A stretch of 64,000 bases of DNA, taken from positions 4,464,001 through 4,528,000 of the forward strand of contig JBHGNT010000017.1 in assembly GCA_043228905.1 (NCBI GenBank). The letters run 5' to 3'. The position numbers and the translations under genes were made by a program. Below are positions 25,545 through 37,950 of this stretch, one piece after another (the first letter of the stretch is position 1; each line of letters starts with the position of its first letter). The notes under the pieces were generated by a model, which had not been told where the DNA came from, made no database searches, and worked only from the letters and a program-made list of their open reading frames with translations. Source of the stretch: Azolla caroliniana. Lineage: Eukaryota; Plantae; Polypodiophyta.

Positions 25545-25910
25545 TTATATATACATATACACATACAGTATATATGTACATATATGATGGTCAAACGAAA
25601 ATATTATCAAAATCCTCTTTTGGACGTAAAACCAGTCCATGTATGTATGTGTATATGTATCGCATGTGTACGTATGTATTGCATGTATATGTATGTGTAT
25701 GTATGCATTGCATATGTATGTATGTACGTATGTATTGCATATACAATATATGTATGTATGTATGTTAATGTATGTATTTTGTGTTATGCCGATAGTATAT
25801 ATACGTATGCATGTGAATGTATGTATGTATGTATGTATGTATGTATGTATGTATACAAAGTATGTGTATACATGCATGCGTATGTACTGGTTTCTTTTGC
25901 ATATACGTAA
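25545..25910. repeat. (TATG)n/(TA)n low-complexity microsatellite region upstream of SPEAR
   Basis: Direct reading; also (TA)n at about 24278-24304, (TG)n at about 24840-24865 and (AAT)n at about 26372-26399. Confidence 0.85.
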
Positions 25911-26370
25911 TTTGATAATGCGTATTATTGCTGAAAAATAAAATCCATTACATACATACGTATGTTTTCTTTTATTTCTTTCAGATTAATTTTTTTTATT
26001 TTCCGGGTATCGTTTCTGAGATCTTTTTTGTTATTTATTTACTGTTTTTTTGTTTTTCCAAAAAATGTTTTTATTTACTGTTAGTTTTTATCCAATGGAA
26101 GTATGTATGTATGTACATATATTTTCTTGTTATTTCTTTTTTTGTTTAAATATATCTATTTATTATTTTTATTATTAAATCTCTTTTTGGCTTTTAAAAG
26201 AAAACGTCCTTCAGTTTTTCTCCAAAGCTTTACATTGGGGGGGATCTTGACCAATCACATTGCGCCACGTCATCCCTCTATTTTTGGTTTTGTTTTTTTT
26301 TTTTGTAAATCATCGACTTCTCCGAAAAGATAATATGTTTTGTTTTGAAATTATAAACAAATTTTAAAAC

Positions 26371-26401
<31 letters not shown>

Positions 26402-28237
26402 TCATAAAGAAAGATCTTTACCGTTTTGCTTTCTTTCTTTCTTCTTCTTTTCTCATCTTCTTCGATCTCTAATTTTTTTTCCTTCCTTTTCCTGTTTTTT
26501 TTGGCCTCTATTTTTTTTTTTGTTATTTTGCTTTTTTTTTATTTCTCTTAATTTCGTTTTCTAAAATCTTCGATGCCATATCTCATGTCATTCCAATCCA
26601 AAATCCTCCTCCCTAGCAAATAAAGAAAGACTCTTCTTTTCTTTTCTTTGTTAAAGATCACACATTATATTTTGAGAGAGAGAGAATCCATTCCTTAAAT
26701 TGTTCCCCCATAACAAACCTAAACAACACAAACACCCACATATGTATATATCCATTTCCAACCTTTGAAATCTAGCTTTAAAATATTGTCTTCCTTTTTT
26801 AAAACTATGTTGACTGCTGTGGTCATCTTAGTGCTGAATAAGCACCATCAAGATGTTTCATCTACATATATGCATGCTATTTGCTATAATGCCTATTCTT
26901 GTCAACAACGTAGCCTTTTTTTTACAATCGAAACACGAGGGAGACTGGGTTCAGCTAGTTTGCTTTGCTTGCTTCATAACTTATCTATCCATCCACATCT
27001 GTAATTTGCTTTTAATTATTTCATTCACGTAGCATACACCGCTAATCACTAGCAAATCACTATTCACTCATCGTGTACAACATTGCTTATATATGAATTA
27101 AGAATTGAGATTGATGGGAATTTTAGAGAAATTGCAAGCGTAAGGTATACTTGATAAGTGATAGTTTTGTGCCGCGGATAATAATTCCACTTTGATACTT
27201 TTGAGTTGATGTCTATAATTGTACATTGTAACATACCTAATGAGAATACAAGTGTGAGTTCTATAATGGATATAATCGTCAATGTAATGGGTACAACAAA
27301 AGAAGATGTTACAAGTATATCATTTCTTGAAAATATATCAGATATAAATGGTTGGTACAACTAAAGAGATATTACATGCATGTAGTATCTCGAAAGAATC
27401 GTGATCAAGTTTATTGTTTCAAGTGTACAATAGTATAGAGCTAGAGAATCTCTCTTTCCATCACCCTCTATCTCCTTCAATTTATCACACACAATTTCTC
27501 TCTTTCTAAGTACTTGCATTCATATTATGTTTCATGAGTGTATTCCATTACAAAATCAACAAACGTTTTGAATGCATAAGGAGTTGTCCAACAACATTGT
27601 CATTCTTACGAGAGGAAACAGTGTCATGTAAACCGAAATAGATCAAAGAAACCCATTGATGTTTCTCACAAGGAGATGAGTACAATATAAAGTTTGAATA
27701 TTTGAGAACGACATTTAATATGGTTCACTGTCAATTTTTGACAATGCATTCTTATCTTGCAAGGAATCTCAGAGGAGATCAATAGTTATTATATGATAAA
27801 GACATGCCTGGATTATATCATATGCTAGCACTACGAGTCATAAGGTGTAACTCTTCTATGTGTCCTAAAAAGCTCGTTGATCATAAACACATCCTAGACA
27901 ACATTATGAGGGGTTTGTCACCCTTATTATTGTATCGTATCTCCAATAAGAAATGGTCATACCCCCTCGAGTCCTTTTCGATGCAACTCGACTATCCTTC
28001 ACCTTGTGTATGCATTGTAGATATCATATACATCAATTGCATGCATGCATCATGTGTTTACTCATGGACACATGGAAAATTTTGTTAATGTAATATTGGA
28101 CATTTCATTGTTTATTCTTGGTATCATGGATAACATATATTGACATTGCTTACGAACACACATCTTGGTCACTCTATGTAGTAATAATTTACTGAGTACT
28201 CCATCCTTATTCTATTGAATATCAAGATAGTGCTAGA

Positions 28238-29039
28238 CAGGGCATGAATTTGACGAGTGTCATGCCCGTCGAAGGCCATTTTTCCCGTCAAAAACATACA
28301 CATAATAAAAATGCCTGTCATGTGACATATAAAGTTTAAATGTCCATTTTTCATGCAAAAGGCCCCTACAAATTATGCATGTCAAATGACATGGTAAAAT
28401 TCTATTTTCCATGTCATATATATTATATACATATACATATGTCACTTATTATAGATATGAAGTGTGTATTATAATATATTAATACTATATAAAAAAATTT
28501 CCAAAAAATTATATGTTTTTTATAACACGTTTAAAATAATATCATTATCATGTAATAATGGTATATATTCTCAAATATTTATTCTTAATTTCTTTACTAA
28601 TAATATTAGTTGAAATTTGATTGAAATTTTAAACAATAACCTTTATTAAATACATACTTTACGAAAGTGTATAACTCTAGGTTTGATTTTAATGTTTTAA
28701 GTTTTAAGTTAAAACTAAATTTTTTTACTTACATAAAATTTTAAGTTAAAATTAAAATTTTACTAACCTTTTTTTCATACTTATTAGTAAAAACATTAAC
28801 AGGATATTAATTTGATGTATTTCATTATCTTTGTGAGGTAGTTATATTTATTTGTGCATCTTTGTACACTTTCTATAGTAATGAAATGTATAACAGTGAA
28901 GCATCATATAGAACTTTCATTATTAAAATTTGTATGTCAAATGACATGTTAGTTTTTGCACTCTTGTGTCATATGACATACATCTTTAAAAAATGCATGT
29001 CAAAAAACTTTTATAGTAACCCGTAAAATTCAGGCCCTG
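28238..29039. mobile_element. non-autonomous hAT element (MITE), 802 bp
   Basis: TIRs CAGGGCATGAATTTGACGAG and CAGGGCCTGAATTTTACGGG (17/20); perfect 8-bp TSD GTGCTAGA (28230-28237, 29040-29047); subterminal TGTCAWATGACA palindromes; AT-rich non-coding interior. Confidence 0.92.
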
Positions 29040-30747
29040 GTGCTAGATGCAACACAAATAAGTCCTTGTTTGTCCACATGCATTAATTAAGTAGCAACAT
29101 AGGCCTCTCAATTTGTTATTGTAAATTGTTAATCAAGTTCTAAAAGTAAGCAATGCCAATAAGAATTTATGGAACTTGATATAGATGTGGAATTGCAAAT
29201 AAAAATATGTTGGAACGCTAAAAAACTCAAACTAAAAATTGAAGTGTTTCTATAGTAAACAAACCATTAAAGCTTAGTTATTCTCAAGACTTAACTTCAC
29301 AACCTCAATGTTGGAAAGCAACAACTTTACCACAACTCCATTATCTTCGTTTATTTTTTTTATTTCAAGAGGTAACCTTAGCGAATCTACATGCATTAAC
29401 TTATCAAGATGTGATCTAAACATCTTTTCCGTCATGTGTAAAGGTAACAATATTATTTCATTATGCGTTAACATACAATGCCGTGTCAAAGGCAAGGATT
29501 GGATCTATTACATTGCTCACACATTGTCAATGTGGTTATAAATATTTGTTGTTTGTTTTTTGAGTATTTCATATAATTTAGATGTTACACAATTAAGAAA
29601 GTTTCAAACGGCATTCCTTGCCCAATTTCCAATTTGAATATTAGTCTTTTTTAAGATGAGATATGACGGGGAGACAAGTATCAATATAATGTCTTCTTCG
29701 TATCTAACTTTCAATAAAGAGTATTGCTTGTGCAAAACATTACAATTAATTTACAAATAAGTTGTGTGTAGTTGTATCTTCTAGGGGAGAAAACAATTAA
29801 GAAGCATCACAATTTTACTATTATCAACTAGTGTGTCAACATTTGAAGTGCAATCAATAGTATTGACCACTACCTCATTACCAACAATATAGGGTGTGAA
29901 ATTAGTGTTTTTTGACATTTGACTTGTCCTACCTCAACCTCTTGACAAAGTTTGGACGAAATTTTTTGGTAAATAGTTATTCATAATGAAATATCTAATC
30001 TTAAGTTTTGATCATATGATCCAAGGTTGATCTTAGTACGGTTAGATTAATTTGTAACATAAGTTTTACACTTTCATCTCCCCTTCAACTCATACGTGGA
30101 ATATATTACGCTACGTGTTGATTTTGGATTTAAATTACAACATTACATTTTATGAATCATATTGCATAAATTTCATTATTCCATTATATCAAAAGGGAAT
30201 AAAGTTGCAACCTAAATTATGTTTGTTTAAATATAACTATTTGAAATATTGGTGACACAATTTAGGACATCAATTTAACATGTACACATGGACATAACAA
30301 ACATAATGGGGATGTTTGAAGCAAAACATGAATAGCCAATATGGATTGGAAGGATATTGCTCAAATATTTGTAGTTTTGAAATATAGTTAATTGTCCATA
30401 AAGTCTACAATTGGACCCACCCCAAAATTATGGAAAATGGGGTAAGGTTTCGTATTGAAAGCCAAAAACCTGGAAGATAACTTTCAAAATTAACAAGGGA
30501 GCCACAACTTCAGACACATTCATAATTTTCCGTGTTGATTGTTGCAACAAGCTTGGCACCTAATGATAAGAATGCATACTAGATCTTCTTTAGTTCTCTG
30601 GTCACACTTTGTTTTTGTTTGCCTTGTTTCTCCATGGACTTTGGTGTCTGATAAATTAGTCCCATGTTTCATCATTTTTTCCATTTATTGAATATTCAAA
30701 GCTTCTAATTTTCAATGTTGCACCATGTTCAAGGTACGTTTTATATA

Positions 30748-32609
30748 CAACAAGTATGCAATAAAGTTCTTTCTTTATTTCTCACTATCAATGTTGGTTG
30801 CTTGCTCTCATGGGGAGCGACAATGTGCGGAGTTTTATATTCCAACTTGATGTTGTATGAGGCAGATGATGTTCATGAGGCAATGATAGTACACACAAGA
30901 AGATTGATATTAGTTAGTCCATTTCGGCAACCTCGAAAGCAAGTGCGATACGTCCATGTCTAGAAAAAAATGGCTATAGTAACGTTATGGGCATTATGGA
31001 AATATAGATGTAGTCGACTTTATGATGCAATGAAACTTGGTCTCTCACATGTTTTGCTTGAGATATGGAAGAAATTACTGGTCGTAGTCTGTGGGCAGTA
31101 TGATAATATGCATGGTTCTCTAGAAAATGTTAACAAGAGAAGGAAGAAGCTTCTTCACTTATGGAGAAAGTCGCCCCTCTTTGTAGTGTCAGATCAAGGG
31201 CCTCAATGGAACTATCGACTTCCATGGACCCTTTCTTGAATATTAATACACCTCGACAATGTACCTCATCAAATTTCAACACCCCTTTATAAGTTGTTTT
31301 TGTATGTACAGGTTTTGGTGGTAATTGGCGAGATGGTTGATGTGGAAAATGAAGCATATTTTCTAATTTAGATAAGGATGAGTGATGATGGTGTTAGGGG
31401 CTGAAGCATATTTTCCTGAGGAGATGAGTATAGTAGATTCATTCTATTTTTGTATGTACAGAATTTTGGTAGTAATCAGCGAGATGGTTGATTCAGAAAT
31501 AAAACATAATTTTGTATTCTTGATAATGGATGAGTGTTGATGGTGTGGAGGTTAGAAGCATATTATTGAGGGTTGTTTTATTTGATTGAGTTTCCTTTCC
31601 TATCTTACAATTCTATAGTACAAGGACCTTAGGAATTGGGCTTGTCCAGGAGGTCTGTTGGAGTAAATCCGCAAGATGGTTGATGTAGAGAAAGTGAAGC
31701 AATTACTTTATTTTTGAATAGGGATGAGGGTAGATGGTGTGGGGTAAGAAGCATATTATCTACCATCAAAGGAGTGAGTTTTATTTGTTCTGGTTGTGCA
31801 GATGATTGGTGGATGCTGTGAGATGTTTGATGTGGACTTCATGAAACATATTTTCTGTTTTTGAGAAGGATGAGTGATGATGGTGTGGGGTCAAAGCATA
31901 TTCTCATGAGGAGAGGACAAAACTAGACTCCTTTTGTTTTTTATTTACAAGATTTTGGTGGTACCGGCAAGATGGTTGATGTGGAAAATGAAGCATATTT
32001 TTTGATCTCTTGATAAGGATGAGTGTTGATGGTGTGGAGGTTTGAAGCATATTCTTGAGGGTCGAGGAGGCATGTTGTAGTTGATCTAATTCTGGATAGA
32101 TCTTCCCTTGAACGGATAGTCATTATTCCTTTTCAAACGAAGATGCAAGAGAGGGTCGGATTTGCATAGATGTTTTGACATGAGGGATATGGGATAGTTG
32201 TGGGGTAACCATGGCAGCCTACCGCATTCTACATCAACATGGTTGATCATAGCTCGCGTGATATTACTGGAGTTACGAGTTGGAGAATAGGTGAAAGGAA
32301 ATGAAGGATAATTGTTATCATTATGGAGCCAGAGGAGATGGTCACACTCGAATGGGTAACAACATAAGAGGAAGCAGTGTGGACTAACCATTATGCCCTA
32401 CTACGTTCCACGTTCAATACATATAGGATTTCCAATGTCATTCTTTTTCGCCTTTCATTCTCCTTTGTGGTTTTCGTAGGTCATCATTGCTAGAGCTATT
32501 GTAATGTTTTCATGTTTCATTCTATGTTGTAAGCCTCTACGCAAATAACTTCAAGTTGTAGCCTTCAGATGTTTTTTAATATTACTGAAGAAATCTTTCA
32601 ATGAAAAAA
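30748..32609 (+). mobile_element. 5'-truncated LINE: ORF2 C-terminus plus a long repeat-containing 3' UTR
   Basis: LWALWKYRCSRLY...GQYD...GPQWNY is homologous to the other LINE ends. A-tail; TSD AAGGTAC(G/A)TTTTATATA at 30731-30747 and 32610-32626. Confidence 0.85.
31300..32056 (+). repeat. five degenerate ~110-bp repeats in the LINE 3' UTR
   Basis: Core GATGGTTGATGTGGAAAATGAAGCATATTT...GGATGAGTGWTGATGGTGTGG...GAAGCATATT repeated with variable linkers. Confidence 0.8.
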
Positions 32610-33031
32610 AAGGTACATTTTATATATGTTGCTTTTCTTTACATGTTTCCTTGTTGATCTCTTCAACAATGATTTATAATAGACCACATGAGAAACATGC
32701 TTGTCAAAGGCTCTAAATGGACATCACATCATCAAGATCACTTACTACCTTCATGTTCAATAACTATTTAATGTCCTAATATGTCACCAATAATATACGG
32801 TACAAGAAGGATAGTCATTTGCATGTGAGTATAGAAAGATTTAGAACTAAATGTATGCCCAATTATTAAATACCTAATGCATGTGAAAACAATTAGCATT
32901 GCTTTTGGCTATATAAAACACTGCAATCTTTATTGTCTTTTAGTTTAAGAGGCCATTATCTCCAACTATCCATCATTTAAGTTTTATGATGAGTTTAAAA
33001 TAATTCTAAAGTGGTAATTCTATCCAACAAA

Positions 33032-34958
33032 TTTTATTTTTCTTTGAAAAGATATCCTATCATTAGTATAAACAATTTACAAGATTTTAACCTCTATGTG
33101 ATTGGCGGGGGAAACAACCATTCCAGAGGCCGAAAATGCCTATAAAGAGTGCCGTAATTGGATGTCATGAATGGAGTAGCTATCCAGATAATAAGAAACT
33201 CCCTCCGTTGAGCAATTTTAGCCTTGGAGTCTCCAACTATACCATCCCATTGACCCTTCAAAGTATGAACTATGTCTAACCAAATGTTCAAAACCACTTC
33301 AGCTGGTGGTGTTTTAAGTTGATGGAAAACGAGAGAACACCAAGCCTTCCAAATGTGATATACAATGGTACTACTCAATATCTCCCATACTGGCTGAACT
33401 TCCTTCCTTACTCTCGAAAACTGTAATGACAACAGTGGTAATGTATGAACACTTTGATATTTACTGTAAAATCCATGGTCCATAGATTCATTGTCATAAT
33501 GGAACGTATCACAGACAAGTAATGTCCAAACCACCATGCCCCAAATGAAAACCAATGGGGGAAAATAATTAGCAAAAATTCTAAGGAGTCGTTGCCATAT
33601 CTGTTGAGATTCAATGCACTCCCATAAACAATGTTTTTGAGTTTCCATTTGTAATTGAAATCGAATACAACTAGAAGATACTCCCATTCTATGCAACCAT
33701 GTGCCTACTGGCAAGGCCTGCTGTACAACTAACCATTGTACATGCAATATTTTGTGTGGCTGTTTTCTTGCCCATAAGATAACCCCAAATTTTGACCATT
33801 GAGATGCAACTGGCAACACATCACGTGTATCTGAAAGTACATGTCTTCCCAACTATACAGAATATTGGAAGAAATTGAACTTGTTACCCGTGTAAGGATC
33901 TGTCCACTAATAATCAATTGGGTCCCAATCTAATTTGAATATCGGTTTTTTAACTAACACCCACAACTTCCAATGTGGCCTTATTTCCTCTATCATTGGA
34001 TCAATATACCATTTACGGTCAGCATATCCAATGACCCTTATCTTGTGCTCAAACAACTGGTATGTCCCAATGACCCAATCTATCACTATTTCCAGGGACT
34101 GAGATAATTGGTTTGTTTCATCCACCTCAAACAACCGGTATGTCTTATCATCTGAATACCCCTTCACAACCAAGAGTGCTTCCAATCTTGAAAAAACCCC
34201 AACCCATCTATGGTTAGCATTATTGGTGGTATGAGAAGTCTACTCATAACTTCCTGAATTTGTTGATACATTATTTGGCTACCATGCATACTACGTAGGA
34301 TTTCTTTTTGCTCTTTCAATGAATGCAATACAAATTCTTTCCAAGTCTGAATTGTTTTCGTTGGACCTTTTTTTCATTTTCCCCCACGACACTGAACCAT
34401 CTGATGTTGTAAACAACGGGTTCCAAACTATCTTTTGTGTGAGATAGTCAACATAATGTCTGGGATTAGGTTTATTATGGAGCAAACTAGGTAATGCATG
34501 TTTCCATGATGAAAATAATGTCCTAATAAATTTGTCTTCCCATCTATTGGCTGAAGGTACTCAGAAATGTTCCCTAAATATCCAATTTACATCCTTTGGC
34601 CAGGGGGCGCCTAAGAGAGGAGAGTAATCTGAACACCGGTCAATCAATAATACTTTCCATATCTCTTGCCCCGGTGTAAATCCTCTAGCAAGAAACTTAC
34701 TTAACAATGCTCTTGATTGATTTACTGGATCAATAATACCTAATCCACCTTTAGAATGAGGTAAGGTAATAACATCCCATTTCACTTTCGACCGAGCATT
34801 GGTTTCCGTTTTATTGGACCACAAGAAATTACGAATCTGTCTACGTATTTTCAGAATACATGAGTTGGAGAATATCCAACATGACAAAAATACCATGTTG
34901 AAGCCAATAAAACCTGATTAGCAACTAAATCTGACCAGCAAAAGACAACTTGGCTGAG
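33032..34958 (-). mobile_element. LINE ORF2 3' half (degenerate)
   Basis: KLSFAG, IRNFLW, VKWDVITLPHSKGGLGI, ETQKHCLWEC and YHIWKAWCSLVF motifs; A-rich tail at 33032-33045. Confidence 0.88.
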
Positions 34959-36536
34959 TTTTCGGTGTCGGTGTTGCCGTTCCTAGCGTTGTCCAACCTA
35001 CTATGTCGTTGTTTGGCATCTCTGTCTGGTTTTCATCGCTTTATCGCCTCCGTTCATTCCGTTTGTAGGTTTGGCATTGTCTAGCGCTGTCCATCTAAGT
35101 CCACGTCTGTGTCTCCGACTCCGTCCAGCCCATCTGTCTCATCGGGCCGTTATTGTCTTTTCGGCCCTCCAGTTGTGGCCGACGTTGTCCGGCCACTGTT
35201 CAACTGTTGTCCAGTTGTCCGTCCCGTCGTTTTGGCGTCATTGTCGTTCCAACCGTCACTTGTCCGGCCACTTCTGTCGCTTGTCTGGCTACTACGGCCA
35301 TTCCAACCACTTATGTGCATTTTGGCCACTCTGGCTGCATTCTTGAAATTCCGGACATTCCGGACATTCCGGTTAGTATAGGCATGTTGCCGCTGTTTTG
35401 GCTACTCTTCGATTGCTTGTCAGATCCAGCCATTGTGTTCATTTGTCTGGCCCATCCGGTTACTCTTCCGCTGTTCTTCGGCCATTGTCTGGCTATCGCC
35501 GTTATTGTTGTCGTCTCTATTGGCCCGTCCGGCCGTCACCATCATTGTATGTTCCCTCTATTGGCCTTCCATCTTTGTCACGGTTTCGGCCGTCATCTGG
35601 TTGTCGGTGTCCTGCGTCGTTGCCATCTGGATGTCACCGTTGTCTTCCCGTCCATGTTTCCATCTCTCTATCCGTTTCAGCTCCGTCTCCGGCCATCGTT
35701 GTTCGGCCGCCTATCCAGCCACTACATTGGTTACACTTCCGCCGTTGTCCGGCCATCGATCTAGCCTCCTTCGTTCCAGCACCATCCGGCCACTCACACC
35801 GCTCTTTGATCACTCTCTTACCGACAATTTACTGGCCTCTCATTCGTCTCTGTCGGTGTCGTCGTATCTGGCTGCTTTTGTGCATTTCCACCGCTCGTCC
35901 GGATGTCTGTCTGTTGTCTTCTAGCCGTGCGTCCGGTCCATTGTCCCGATCGTTTGTCCATTTCTCCGACCCTCCAGCTACTCCAACCATTGTAAGGCTA
36001 TTCCGGCCGGTTCTCAACCCTTCGGGCCACTGTCTGGCGGTCGTTCCGGTTGCTTTTCGACCATGTAGTTTTAATTGGTCTGTGTCCCTTTGGCTCGTTG
36101 GTTCGTCTCTGTCTGTGCCTCTACAGTTGCCTCATTCTGATTTCTTTGTGCCTTTTATTTTTCTGGTCCGACAATGTCTGGTGCGTCGACATCTCCTTCT
36201 CTGTCTTCTTTGGCCCCTTTGTGTTAACCAACTCTTGTTCTGGTTTCGATTCCAGCTCTAGATGTCTCTGCGTCACATCTTCTGGAACGATCTCCTGTGC
36301 ATTCTCAGTACTTCTTGCCGGCATCCCCTCCACACACTGCTTCTTCCTTCGCAGTCTCCTAGTGGACTTCTCTTTCCGGTCGTGCTAGCATCGGTCCCTT
36401 CTCTATCACTGTTTGTTTGGCCATGTCATTGTTCGTCTTTGTCATTTTTTGTTGTCTCTCACACCACGCTTTCCCCCACACACACATTGTCACTAACTGC
36501 ACACTTGCACATGCATCCATTGTGTATCCTTCTGGG
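34959..36536 (-). mobile_element. GC-rich internal region of the Arg-PBS LTR element whose 5' LTR is at 58221-58734
   Basis: Strong strand skew with recurrent CCGTCCGGCC motifs. Linked to 58019-58220 by the TSD (ACGT/ACAT) of the intervening insertion. No recognisable domain. Confidence 0.55.
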
Positions 36537-36734
36537 ACGTTGTCGTGATGTGGCATGCTTGAGTGTGGGAAAAACCGGCAAAAGGGTGTCAAAATGTGCA
36601 GGTGCAATGTGTGTGCATACAAACTAAATTAATTGTGCACATGGAAAAGAAAAGGAAAACGGAAAGGTGCAAAGGAGGTATAGGAACTCATGTAAAAAGT
36701 AAGAGAGATATAGACTTATATATTATATAAGGGA

Positions 36735-36801
36735 GACTTAATGGACTAGTGGATAGTCACATTGACTACTAACTAAAGGTGCATGTTTCAAGTCCGGTCT
36801 T
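36735..36801 (+). ncRNA. tRNA-like Pol III module in LTR A (further copies at 55176-55246 and 55764-55832)
   Basis: TG-GACT-AGTGGAT-AGTC D-arm (perfect 4-bp stem, A box); TTGACTMCTARYTAA anticodon-like arm; AGGTGCA variable loop; GGTTCAAGTCC-like B box; upstream TATA run. Confidence 0.7.
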
Positions 36802-37404
36802 ACAATGTCGCATGATTTAAGGAATTTTACTCCTTTTGCATTGAAGACAAAATTGGCAACCCCCCCTCCCTTTTTTGGTATAAAAGGAGGTCGATTGGGG
36901 CTCATTTGGGAGGACATTTTGGGAGGAGGATACTATCACCAATTTTCCTTTAAAGCTCTTCATCTTCTTCTTCACCATTTCTCTTTATCACATACCCCTT
37001 CATCCCCTCATTGCCACATGCTCGTCTTCTTCGTGTTGGTACTCGAAGTGCTCGTTTACGGTGCTCGTGAGCCCGAGTTTCATTGGTTCGACGTTGCTAC
37101 GCCCCCGTTCATCGTTCTGAGCCCGTGTGCTCACCGTTCGGGTTGTTGCGGTTCATAGGGGCCTGCATTTTTGTGGTGCTCGTGTGTTCATCTTCGTCGT
37201 GTTCGTGCTCCGTGTTTGGATTTGCTTTTGTCTCTAAGGGCATTTAGTATTTATGTTTTGTTGAGCTTGTGGTTAACTAGAAGTTGCCACATTGTAATCA
37301 AACCATATTTTATAAAGGGCCCTCTTGCGTTGGAATTGAACACATATTTATTTCTTTAGCCAATATCATTCGTGTTTTTTTTCTCTCTCTCTCTTTCTTT
37401 GTTC

Positions 37405-37950
37405 TTGTCCCCTTGTACGTTCGACCGTCTTGTGACAAGGGAGCGTTTCGAGCATGCCCATGCACCTCTCCTCATAAAGACGTACGAGCATTTGTGTGCG
37501 TGTTTGTGTCTTCCTTGTACGTTCGGTGGTCTTGTGACGAGGGAACGTTTCGGGCGTGCCCATGCACCTCTCCTCCTCATAAAGGCGTACGAGCATTTGT
37601 GTGTGTGCTTGTGTCTTCCTTGTACATTCGGTCGTCTTGTGACGAGGGAGCGTTTGGGCGTGCCCATGCACCTCTCCTCCTCATAAAGGCGTACGAGGAT
37701 TTGGTGCGTTTGTTTGTGTCTTCCTTCTACGTTCGGCTGTCTTGTGACGAGGGAGCGTTTCGGGCGTGCCCATGCACCTCTCCTCCTCATAAAGGTGTAT
37801 GAACATTTTGTGTGTGTGTTTGTGTCTTCCTTGTACGTTCGGTTGTCTTGTGACGAGGGAGTGTTTCGGCCGTGCCCATGCACCTCTCCTCCTCATAAAG
37901 GTGTACGAACATTTTGTGTGTGTGTTTGTGTCTTCCTTGTACGTTCGTTC
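37405..37950 (+). repeat. ~105-bp tandem array inside LTR A (5 units plus a partial)
   Basis: Unit CTTGTACGTTCGGTCGTCTTGTGACGAGGGAGCGTTTCGGGCGTGCCCATGCACCTCTCCTCCTCATAAAGGCGTACGAGCATTTGTGTG... Confidence 0.92.

Noticed and set aside
25545-26333. YVCM-rich and Phe-rich ORFs
   Set aside because: Translations of (TATG)n and T-rich low-complexity DNA.
27060-29960. Possible ancient hAT transposase remnants on the minus strand (also about 13000-13600 and 11750-11960)
   Set aside because: Only faint motif echoes among many stops; cannot be supported without a translated HMM search.
34990-36627. Long overlapping plus-strand ORFs (203 and 287 aa)
   Set aside because: Explained by A-poor strand skew that suppresses stops; no motifs.
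36735-36801. Functional tRNA genes at the tRNA-like modules
   Set aside because: Acceptor stems do not pair and anticodon stems are degenerate; reported as tRNA-derived modules instead.
37405-37950. CRISPR-like appearance of the 105-bp, 51-bp and 110-bp arrays
   Set aside because: Units are contiguous or degenerate tandem repeats without constant-length unique spacers; no cas genes; eukaryotic TE context.
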